From Pseudomonadota bacterium (GTDB lineage Bacteria > Bdellovibrionota_B > Oligoflexia > Oligoflexales > CAIYRB01): 48,436 bases of DNA. Position 1 is the first letter of the stretch. Each line of letters opens with the position of its first letter. The notes below the pieces were generated by a model. It was not told where the DNA came from. It saw only the letters and a list, made by a program, of their open reading frames with translations, and did not search any database. The stretch is from contig JANOTL010000203.1 of NCBI GenBank assembly GCA_031416315.1, positions 1 to 48,436 on the forward strand, given 5' to 3'. The translations under genes and the position numbers were made by a program. This document shows, piece after piece, positions 41,075 to 48,436 of this stretch.

Positions 41075-42447
41075 GCCAGCGCGCCCGCCAACGTCGTCTT
41101 CGTCGCGCTCGCGATCTTGACCGGCAGGACCTTGCCGATGACGTCGTCCCGGTCGCAGTCGGCGCGCACCAGGCGAAAGTGCTCGGTGCGACCGTAGAAT
41201 TGATGCGGGAAGCGCTTGTTTTGATAAAGGAAAAGCACCTCGCGGGTCTGCCCGGCCTCACGCTCGTTCTCTTCCAGGGTGATGCGATCCTGGACCGCGT
41301 TGAGGCGCGCGAGCCGCGCATCCTTCACGTCCTCCGGAATCTGATCGAGGTAGCGCGCTGCGGGCGTGTGCTTCCGCGGCGAGTACTTGAAGGTGAACGA
41401 GAAGCTGAAGCGTACGGCCTCGACGAGGGCGAGGGTCGCCTCGAAGTCTGCGTCCGTCTCGCCCGGGAAGCCGACGATCAGATCGGTGGACAGCGCCATG
41501 TCGGGAATCGCCTCGCGCAGCCAGGCGACGCGCTCGAGGAACTCGGCCGCGGTGCACTTGCGTTTCATGCGCTCGAGCGTCTTGTCGCTGCCGCTCTGCG
41601 CCGCCAGGTGCAGGTAGCGCCCCATTCTAGGCTCGTCGCGGAAGACGTTCGCCAGAGCGCGGGTGAAATTCTGCGGATTCGAGGTGGTAAAGCGTAGGCG
41701 GTCCAGGCCGGGGAGCGCCGCGACGTCGCGCAGGAGGTCGGCGAAAGCGCCATCTTCCGTCGTCTTGAGCTTCCCGAGCTGGACGAGGTCGAGACCGTAG
41801 CTGTTGACGTTCTGGCCGAGCAGCGTGATTTCGCGCGCGCCCTGCGCCAGAAGCGCGCGCGCTTCGGTCAGGACGTCCGACGGCGAGCGCGAGACCTCGC
41901 GGCCGCGCGTGTGCGGCACTACGCAAAACGTGCAGAAGTTGTCGCAGCCCTGCTGGATGTTCACGAACCGCGAGATGTCGGCTTTGCCGGTGATCGGTGG
42001 AAGATCCATGGGCCGCGGGCTCTCGTGCTCGTGCTCCCCCTCATGGTCTCGCTCGGCCTTGAACCCGATGGCGATCGCGGCCTTTTTCGTCTCGTCCTGC
42101 TCGCGTAGGAGTCGCGGCAGCTCGTCGATCTTGCCGGGCCCGAAGAGGACGTCGATCTGCGGCGCGGCGTCCACGAGCTTCCTGCCTTCGGCCTGAGCCA
42201 CGCAGCCCGCGACGGCGATCCGCATGCCGGGGTGCTGCTCTTTCAGGACGCGCAGCTCGCCCAAACGGCTCAGCACCTTGTGCCGGGCCTTCTCGCGGAT
42301 GTGGCAGGTGTTGAGGAGCACCAGGTCGGCGCTCTCGGCGTTCTCCGCGAGCGCGTAGTCTTGCTCCGCCAACAGCGCGAGCATGCGCTCGGCGTCGGCG
42401 GTGTTCATCTGGCAGCCCCAGGTCTCGATGTGGACCTTGCGCGTCAC
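41071..42447 (-). CDS. miaB: tRNA A37 methylthiotransferase MiaB
   Basis: TWGCQMN, NTCHIRE, GCVAQ, CDNFCTFC radical SAM motif, LLGQNVNSYG, TDLIVGFPGET, TRAM tail. Confidence 0.96.
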   Translation of the reverse strand: MTRKVHIETWGCQMNTADAERMLALLAEQDYALAENAESADLVLLNTCHIREKARHKVLSRLGELRVLKEQHPGMRIAVAGCVAQAEGRKLVDAAPQIDVLFGPGKIDELPRLLREQDETKKAAIAIGFKAERDHEGEHEHESPRPMDLPPITGKADISRFVNIQQGCDNFCTFCVVPHTRGREVSRSPSDVLTEARALLAQGAREITLLGQNVNSYGLDLVQLGKLKTTEDGAFADLLRDVAALPGLDRLRFTTSNPQNFTRALANVFRDEPRMGRYLHLAAQSGSDKTLERMKRKCTAAEFLERVAWLREAIPDMALSTDLIVGFPGETDADFEATLALVEAVRFSFSFTFKYSPRKHTPAARYLDQIPEDVKDARLARLNAVQDRITLEENEREAGQTREVLFLYQNKRFPHQFYGRTEHFRLVRADCDRDDVIGKVLPVKIASATKTTLAGALA

Positions 42448-44030
42448 TTTTTGCGGTTCTTCTTCCGCGCTTTTTTCGCGTCCTTGCGCAGCTTCTTTTG
42501 CTTGTCGCGGTCGACCGGGCGCTTGGCGGAGGCGCCGCCGCCGCCCATGCCCATGCCGGCGAACATGCCTTCCATCCCCGGAGGGATGGCCATGCCAGGC
42601 GGCAAACCGGGCATCCCGCCCATGCCGCCGCCACCGCCGCTCGCGCCTTGCGCCATCTTGCGCAGCTGGTTCATCTGGCCGAGGGCGCCCATGCCGGGGA
42701 TCTTGCCCAGGAGGCCCATGTTCTTGCCGAGCGAGCCCATCATCTGGCGCATCGTCATGAACTTCTTGATGAGCTCCATGACGTCTTTCGGGTTGCGCCC
42801 CGAGCCCTTCGCGACGCGCCGCACGCGGCTGTCGTTGAAGAGCTTTGGATTCAGGCGCTCTTGCTCCGTCATCGAGTCAATCATCGCCTTGATGCGCACG
42901 AGCTCTTTGTCGTCAACGTCGACGCCTGGCGGGATCATCCCTTGGATCGGCAGCTTCGCCATCAGATCCTTGAGGGAGCCCATCTTTTGGATCATCGACA
43001 GCTGTTGGTAGAAGTCCTTGAAGGAGAACTGTCCCTGCAGCATGCGCATCGCGTCGGCTTCTTTGTCGCCTTCGTGCACGCGCTCGAAATCCTGCATCAG
43101 GCCGACGACGTCGCCCATCCCGAGGATGCGGCTCGCCAAGCCTTCCGGCCGGAACTCCTCGAGTCGGTCCAGGTCCTCGCCCATGCCGAGGAACTTGATC
43201 GGCGCGCCGGTGACTTCCTTGATGCTCAAGGCCGCGCCGCCTCGGGCGTCGCCGTCGAGCTTGGTCATCACGACGCCGGAGAGGCCTAAGCGATCATGGA
43301 ATGACTTCGCCGTCAGCACGGCGTCCTGGCCCATCATCGCGTCGCAGACGAAGAGGATGTTGTCCGGCTTGGTCGCCGCCTTGATGTCGACGAGCTCTTG
43401 CATCAACGCGTCGTCGATCGCGAGACGGCCGGCGGTGTCGAAGATCACGAGGTCGCAGCCGAGCTCGTAGGCCTTCGGCATCGCCTGCTTGCAGATCTCG
43501 ACGGCGCTGGCGCCCTCGACGTGGAAGACCGGCACGCCGACCTTGGCGCCCAAGACTTTCAGCTGCTCGACGGCGGCAGGACGGTAGATGTCGGCGGCGA
43601 CGAGGAGCGGCTTCCTCTTGTGATTCTTGATGAGCCACTTGGTGAGCTTGCCGGTCGTCGTCGTCTTGCCGCTGCCTTGCAGGCCGACCATCATCACCGT
43701 CGCGGGCTTGTTGGTCGGGAGGATCAGCTCCGAGTCGACGGGCCCCATCAGACTTTCCAGCTCCTGCTGGCAAATCTGCACGAAGTGATCGCCGGCGGAG
43801 ACGCGCATCGCGCCCGTGCCGGCGCCCGCTTTGAGGTCGACGGAGCGACCGAGCGCGGCTTCTTTCACCTGGGTCAGGAACTTCTTGGCGACGCCGTACT
43901 CGACGTCGGCCTCGAGCAAGCTACGGCGTACGTCGCTGAGGGCGTCCTCGATGTTCTGTTCCGTCAGAGTCGCCTTGCCACGGAGCTTATCCTTGGCCTG
44001 CCTGAAGCCTTGGCTCAGGACGTCCAGCAT
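42444..44030 (-). CDS. ffh: Signal recognition particle protein Ffh
   Basis: LLEADV, GLQGSGKTTT, DTAGRL, TKLDGDARGG, RILGMGD, SMT..ER M-domain; start at ATG 44030. Confidence 0.98.
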   Translation of the reverse strand: MLDVLSQGFRQAKDKLRGKATLTEQNIEDALSDVRRSLLEADVEYGVAKKFLTQVKEAALGRSVDLKAGAGTGAMRVSAGDHFVQICQQELESLMGPVDSELILPTNKPATVMMVGLQGSGKTTTTGKLTKWLIKNHKRKPLLVAADIYRPAAVEQLKVLGAKVGVPVFHVEGASAVEICKQAMPKAYELGCDLVIFDTAGRLAIDDALMQELVDIKAATKPDNILFVCDAMMGQDAVLTAKSFHDRLGLSGVVMTKLDGDARGGAALSIKEVTGAPIKFLGMGEDLDRLEEFRPEGLASRILGMGDVVGLMQDFERVHEGDKEADAMRMLQGQFSFKDFYQQLSMIQKMGSLKDLMAKLPIQGMIPPGVDVDDKELVRIKAMIDSMTEQERLNPKLFNDSRVRRVAKGSGRNPKDVMELIKKFMTMRQMMGSLGKNMGLLGKIPGMGALGQMNQLRKMAQGASGGGGGMGGMPGLPPGMAIPPGMEGMFAGMGMGGGGASAKRPVDRDKQKKLRKDAKKARKKNRKK

Positions 44031-44111
44031 CGCGCACTCCAGTCTTTGATCAGCGAAATCGCAGGGAAATGTCCTATATATTCTTTCGTACGGAGGTGTC
44101 AAATTAGGGGC

Positions 44112-44435
44112 ATGAGCCGTCGCAAGACTCTTTACCGCGTGAAATTCCAAGAGAAACGCGAGCCCTCGGCGAAGCCGGACACGGGCCCGACGACCGTCGT
44201 CGTCGAGGTGTTCAAGCCGAGCGAGCACTTCGGCCTCGTTTGCCTCGAAAAGTTCGTTTTCCCGGAGCAGACCAAGCTCGTCCTCCTCCCGGATGAGGAC
44301 GAGACCCGCAAGCGCTTCGGTAAGACTGACCGCCTGCACTTGCCGTATCATGTGCTGCTTTCGGTGGAGGAATTCCACGAGGAAGAGACCGAGTTGAAGT
44401 CGGTCGTCAGCCTCACGAAGCTCCACGAGACCTGA
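44112..44435 (+). CDS. DUF1820-like protein (107 aa)
   Basis: Real 3' part of shadow ORF 43398..44435; YRVKF...S..FGLV..E.FVF....LV..P.E....RF....R.HLPYH....VEE pattern. Confidence 0.78.
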   Translation: MSRRKTLYRVKFQEKREPSAKPDTGPTTVVVEVFKPSEHFGLVCLEKFVFPEQTKLVLLPDEDETRKRFGKTDRLHLPYHVLLSVEEFHEEETELKSVVSLTKLHET

Positions 44436-44456
44436 TGCGGGCCTCACCAGGGTCCT

Positions 44457-45899
44457 TCATGAAGCACGCGCGCCCTGAGGCGCCGCCTGCGTTTGGAGAT
44501 GCCGCTTCGGCAGGCGCATGGCGAAGCGCGTATGCCCGCTCACGGTATCGAGGCTCAGCCTGCCGCCATGCGTCTCGGCGATGCCGCGCGAGATGCTGAG
44601 GCCCAACCCCGTTCCCTTCCCGACCTCTTTCGTGGTGAAGAACGGGTGGAAGATCCGTGCGGCGACGTCGGGCGGGATGCCGCGACCGGAGTCGACGACG
44701 GCGAGCTCGATCTCCTCGCCGAGGTCCAACGCCTCGACGCGGATCCAGCGCTCCGTAAGCCGGCTGATCGCGTCGTTCGCATTGCTGATGAGGTTGAGCA
44801 GGACTTGCGAGATTTGGGTCGGGCGACAGTCGAAGGTCAACGCTTTGTCCTCGGGAAGGCGCACCTCGACGCTCACGCCCTGATGCTTGAGGCGGGTCTC
44901 GCACAGCGCCAAAGTCTCGTCGACGACCGCCGCCAAGGACACCGTTTGAAACGGATCACGGTCGCCGTCGCGCGCGAAGCTCCGCAGACCTTGGACGATG
45001 CGCGCGATGCGCATCGCCGTCTCTTCGATCGACTTCGCCGCGTCGGCGACGCGCTTGGCTTGATCGGGCCGGTCGGCGAGGAGAGTCAAGAGGCGCGCTT
45101 TGCCGTAGATGATGGCGACGGGGTTGTTGATCTCGTGCGCGATACCACCCGCCATCTCGCCGAGGACCGACATTTTTTGCGCGAACTGCGCCCGCTGGCG
45201 CTCGGCTTCGACCTGCGCGATCAGGCGCGCCCGCTCGGTGACGTCGATGCCGACGAGCACGCAGTCGCGGTTCTCGTTATATTTTTGCGCCGAGACAAGG
45301 AAGCGCTCCCCCTTGCGTCCGTTGATCTCGAACTGCGCGTGGAGGGCTGGGTCGGTGAAGAAATGCTCCAGGAAGCCGCGCAGGGGACCGTCACCGAGAA
45401 AGCCGACCTCGCGGCCGATGTAGTCCGCAGGCTTCAACTTGTGCGTGCGCGCCAGATTCTCGTTCACCCCGAGATAACGGAGATCGGACGACACCCATGA
45501 CACGTGGCCCGGAATCGCGTCGAGAATCGCGTGCACGTAAGCCGAGCTCTGCGTCTGTCGCTCGTCCCGCTCGCGTGTGTCTGCGAGCACCGCGTTCAGC
45601 GTGTCACCGAGCTCGCGGAGCAAGTCCTGCCGCTGCGCTTGGACCGTGACGCTCTGCACTTCGCCGCGCCGCAAGCGCTCAAGATCGCGGACGAGCCCGC
45701 GGATGATCGTCAGGACGTCGCGACGCACGTGGAGCGCCACGACGAGCGACGTCGTCAAAGCCGACGCGGCCGCGGCGATCGCGACCGCGCGTACTGTCAC
45801 CCCGTCGAGCCCGAGCCCATGGCCCACGGCTGTGAAGAGCGCCGTCACCGCGAAAGCAGTGAGCGCGAGCTGCGCGACGAAGCGTCCTCCGAGTGACAT
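44457..45899 (-). CDS. Membrane sensor histidine kinase (2 TM, HAMP-like, PAS, HisKA, HATPase)
   Basis: HEINNP, QVLLNLISNA, DSGRGI, PFFTTK, GTGLGL; start inferred at ATG 45899. Confidence 0.93.
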   Translation of the reverse strand: MSLGGRFVAQLALTAFAVTALFTAVGHGLGLDGVTVRAVAIAAAASALTTSLVVALHVRRDVLTIIRGLVRDLERLRRGEVQSVTVQAQRQDLLRELGDTLNAVLADTRERDERQTQSSAYVHAILDAIPGHVSWVSSDLRYLGVNENLARTHKLKPADYIGREVGFLGDGPLRGFLEHFFTDPALHAQFEINGRKGERFLVSAQKYNENRDCVLVGIDVTERARLIAQVEAERQRAQFAQKMSVLGEMAGGIAHEINNPVAIIYGKARLLTLLADRPDQAKRVADAAKSIEETAMRIARIVQGLRSFARDGDRDPFQTVSLAAVVDETLALCETRLKHQGVSVEVRLPEDKALTFDCRPTQISQVLLNLISNANDAISRLTERWIRVEALDLGEEIELAVVDSGRGIPPDVAARIFHPFFTTKEVGKGTGLGLSISRGIAETHGGRLSLDTVSGHTRFAMRLPKRHLQTQAAPQGARAS

Positions 45900-45929
45900 C
45901 CGCGACCTTGCGAGTGAGAATTCCTTTGA

Positions 45930-45957
45930 TGATCGGTTGGTTGCCGGTCGGGCTTGA
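45930..45957 (-). promoter_or_regulatory. sigma28-type promoter (histidine kinase)
   Basis: TCAAG-N15-ACCGATCA. Confidence 0.6.
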
Positions 45958-45960
45958 GGC

Positions 45961-45988
45961 TTAAGGGAACGCCGGAACCTGCCGATCA
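45961..45988 (+). promoter_or_regulatory. sigma28-type promoter (lectin-fold lipoprotein pair)
   Basis: TTAAG-N15-GCCGATCA. Confidence 0.65.
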
Positions 45989-46047
45989 GTTGCAGGTCCG
46001 TACGGATCAGTAAGGTATGAACCCCGAGCGCTCGTAGGGCCATCACG

Positions 46048-47211
46048 ATGATCTCTAGACTCGTCGTCTTATTCCTTGTCGCCGGCTGCAGCGCCGGTGG
46101 TGGCGACGACCAGACCAAGGCCGCGCCGGCCCCCGCGTCTCCGGCAGCCCCTGTCACGCCGGCCGCGCCGGCGGACCCCGATACCGAGATCGTACCGGCG
46201 GGGGTCGCACCTAGCGTCACCGGTAGCTATCTGGTCGGATGCTCGTACACGACTCAGCGCACGTTCTTGAAGGACGAGGTGGCCGGCGAGAACGTCACCG
46301 CCTGCATCGTCCTCACCGAAGACAACAAGCGCGCCGACGTGGAGGTCTTGAGCCTCGACGTCGTCGATGTTCCCGGCGCAGCGTCCCGGACGCCGAAGAT
46401 CGTCGCCTTAGAGGTCGCCGGAGCGCCTTGGCACATCGGCGTCGCCTTGAGCCCGGAAGAAGCGAGCGCAGCGTTTAGCGTGACGGTGCACGGACGCAGG
46501 CCGGATGGTTCGGTCTTCGACATCGTGGCGCAGAACCTCACCTTTGATTGGCGCCAGCACCCGGATTTCCAGTTGTTCCTGACGCTCGCGACCTCACTCG
46601 CGACCGCTTTGGACGGCAACTCCACCGCGACCTTCATGCAGGAAATCGTTAAGCTCGTCGGCGTGACTTACGAGCAGCAGGCGCACTACCATGCGTTCAT
46701 CTCGACCGCGCTCGTCCCCGGGAACGTCGGTATCGTCGGCGCCAACGCGATTTGCCAGAAGGAGGGCGACGGCATCGTCGTCGACCACGAGTGGTTCGCG
46801 CTTTTGCACACGAGCGCCAAGCCCGCGAACGTGTTGTTCCAACCCACGACTCAGGTTTGGAACTTCCGTGGCGACTACGTCTCCGGCACCCACCCGAACC
46901 GGGTCAACGACGCGTGGTGGGGCGAGGAGCAGCACACTGCCGCCCTGCGTTTCATGTCCGACGGCCGTGCCGTGCTCAGTCCAATCGAGTACAACGCCTT
47001 TCCAGTGTTCAATCGCCTGGTTTGGACCGGCTTCGACAAGTCCGGGAACGCCGATCCCGCCGGCAACTGTAAAGACTGGACGTCGAACGAGCCCACGGAT
47101 TTCGGCGGCGTCGGCGACGGCCAGGATCTCGTGGATTGGACGATGTTGACCAAGCGGCCTTGCTCACGGCTGGCGCATCTCATCTGCATGAGCGAGTTGG
47201 TGACGCCGTGA
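46048..47211 (+). CDS. Lipoprotein with C-terminal DUF1554/endostatin-like (C-type lectin fold) domain, paralog 1
   Basis: Signal ending VAG-C; Pro/Ala linker; GNVGIVGANAIC...W.ALL...VWTG...NCKDWTS...C....HLICM. Confidence 0.85.
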   Translation: MISRLVVLFLVAGCSAGGGDDQTKAAPAPASPAAPVTPAAPADPDTEIVPAGVAPSVTGSYLVGCSYTTQRTFLKDEVAGENVTACIVLTEDNKRADVEVLSLDVVDVPGAASRTPKIVALEVAGAPWHIGVALSPEEASAAFSVTVHGRRPDGSVFDIVAQNLTFDWRQHPDFQLFLTLATSLATALDGNSTATFMQEIVKLVGVTYEQQAHYHAFISTALVPGNVGIVGANAICQKEGDGIVVDHEWFALLHTSAKPANVLFQPTTQVWNFRGDYVSGTHPNRVNDAWWGEEQHTAALRFMSDGRAVLSPIEYNAFPVFNRLVWTGFDKSGNADPAGNCKDWTSNEPTDFGGVGDGQDLVDWTMLTKRPCSRLAHLICMSELVTP

Positions 47212-48335
47212 AGAAGTCACTCGCTCTATCCTCCGTGCTCTTCGTAGCTTGCAGCGGCGGCAACACGTCGAACGACAAGACGTTGAGCGCTTCGCCCCCC
47301 GCGGCGGCCCCCGCGCCGCCCGAAGGCGAGGCGGTCGAACCCGCAGGAACCGCGGCGAACGTCGCCGGTGCGTTCCTCGCCGGATGCTCCTACGACACGC
47401 GATCGACCTTCGTCAGCGGCGAGGATTCGATCGACGTCACGGCCTGCATCGTCCTGGACCAAGACGGCAAGCGTGCCCCGGTCGAAGGCGCGCGCATTCG
47501 CGTCAGGCTCGACGGGGCTTGGATCGAGCCGCCCGTCCTCGCTCCGACCGTTTTCTCCGCCCCATGGCACGTCGGCGTCGAGCTGAAGGTGACCGACGCC
47601 AGCCGCGTCGAGCTCTTCGAGGTGACGTTCCAGACGCCTGACAGGACTCAAGCGGTTGCCGCAACCGACAACGGCCTCTTCAGTTATATCTCCAGAGCGG
47701 ATTATCTGGAGGTCCTCGACGGCATCATCAAGCCCCTCACCGTCTTGCTCGCGCCGACCTCGCTCGACAAAATTGGCTACATCAAGACGCGCCTCGACGA
47801 AGGCGTGCCGCTGCACATCACGATGCTGACGAACCGTTGGGTGAAGGGGAACGTCGGCGTCGAGGCCGCCGATGCGATCTGCGAGGCGGAAGGTGAGGCG
47901 GCCAAGATCCCACGCGCTCCTGCGAGCGTCTGGCGCGCGCTCCTCTCGACCTCGACCACGCCCGCGAAAGAGCACCTGCGCATCTCCGCTAACGAGGTCG
48001 TAAACTTCGAGGGCGTCTATATCAGCGACGGTGGCTTCTATGACTTGCCGCGGCACTTCGGCAGCATCCGCTTCGACTCGCTCGGTTATTCCACGAAAAA
48101 CGTCCTCGACGTCGGCGACGGGCTCAAGGACTGGGTCTATTTTGCGTGGACCGGCACGAAGCTCGGCGGTACGCTCGACGAGGTCAGCGGCAACTGCAAG
48201 GATTGGACGTCCGACTCGCCGACCGATTTCGCCCGCGTCGCCAAGCCGACTTTGTTCGAGCTGTGGGACAAAGCGCTCGTCTGGCCATGCTCGCGGCCCG
48301 CGCGTCTGATCTGCATGCTTTCCCACGAGCCCTAA
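47208..48335 (+). CDS. Lipoprotein with C-terminal DUF1554/endostatin-like domain, paralog 2
   Basis: GTGA overlap with paralog 1; signal ending FVA-C; GNVGVEAADAIC...WRALL...AWTG...NCKDWTS...PCSR..RLICM. Confidence 0.85.
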   Translation: MKKSLALSSVLFVACSGGNTSNDKTLSASPPAAAPAPPEGEAVEPAGTAANVAGAFLAGCSYDTRSTFVSGEDSIDVTACIVLDQDGKRAPVEGARIRVRLDGAWIEPPVLAPTVFSAPWHVGVELKVTDASRVELFEVTFQTPDRTQAVAATDNGLFSYISRADYLEVLDGIIKPLTVLLAPTSLDKIGYIKTRLDEGVPLHITMLTNRWVKGNVGVEAADAICEAEGEAAKIPRAPASVWRALLSTSTTPAKEHLRISANEVVNFEGVYISDGGFYDLPRHFGSIRFDSLGYSTKNVLDVGDGLKDWVYFAWTGTKLGGTLDEVSGNCKDWTSDSPTDFARVAKPTLFELWDKALVWPCSRPARLICMLSHEP

Positions 48336-48385
48336 GCTCGACGCGGCGCCCTTTTGGAGCGGCCTGTCGCTCGCGCTCGCGCCCG

Positions 48386-48436
48386 TGATGGTGATCGTCG
48401 TCGTCATCGTCATCGTCGTCGTGATCGTGATCGTGA
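48386..48436 (-). other. His/Asp-rich coding tract, probably the 3' end of a gene extending beyond the window
   Basis: Minus strand CAC/GAT/GAC triplets read HDHDHDDDDDDDDDHHH. Confidence 0.5.

Noticed and set aside
42447..42650. Gly/Met-rich and Lys-rich Ffh tail as a novel domain
   Set aside because: Low-complexity C-terminal extensions are common in Ffh proteins.
44031..44447. N-terminal extension of Ffh in the ORF track (667 aa)
   Set aside because: Ffh homology starts at ATG 44030; the extension is antisense to the DUF1820-like gene.
46700..48335. Diversity-generating retroelement targeting the lectin-fold domains
   Set aside because: No reverse transcriptase or near-identical template repeat in the window; the paralog differences are not adenine-specific.

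Overview
High-GC bacterial chromosomal segment. It opens with the 3' end of an rRNA operon (partial 23S, spacer, 5S, terminator). Housekeeping genes (lepA, uvrA, panB, dnaJ, LolC/E permease, ThrE pair, hemB, ruvC, lgt, NtrC-type regulator, miaB, ffh, a sensor kinase) are interleaved with many uncharacterised exported proteins: Cys-rich lipoproteins, beta-barrels and secreted hydrolases. The gene content suggests a Bdellovibrionota (Oligoflexia-like) or related deltaproteobacterial-type organism; this is inference only. I see no phage, IS element, CRISPR array or tRNA. The strongest unexplained signal is a recurring sigma28/FliA-type promoter (T[CTA]A[AC][GC]-N14/15-[GAC]CCGA[TAG]), read by eye upstream of eight non-flagellar, envelope-associated genes, twice as back-to-back divergent pairs. 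This points to a sigma28-controlled export programme. Its candidate members include a 606-aa lipoprotein built from seven 4-Cys modules, tandem lectin-fold lipoproteins and a lipid-anchored pyroglutamyl peptidase. Other leads are a 2OG-Fe(II) oxygenase translationally coupled to miaB, a stand-alone HxxxD acyltransferase flanked by coupled mini-ORFs, a supercharged Lys-rich lipoprotein behind a G-quadruplex/C-rich leader, and small ORFs missed by the ORF track. Family assignments come from motif recognition, not database searches.
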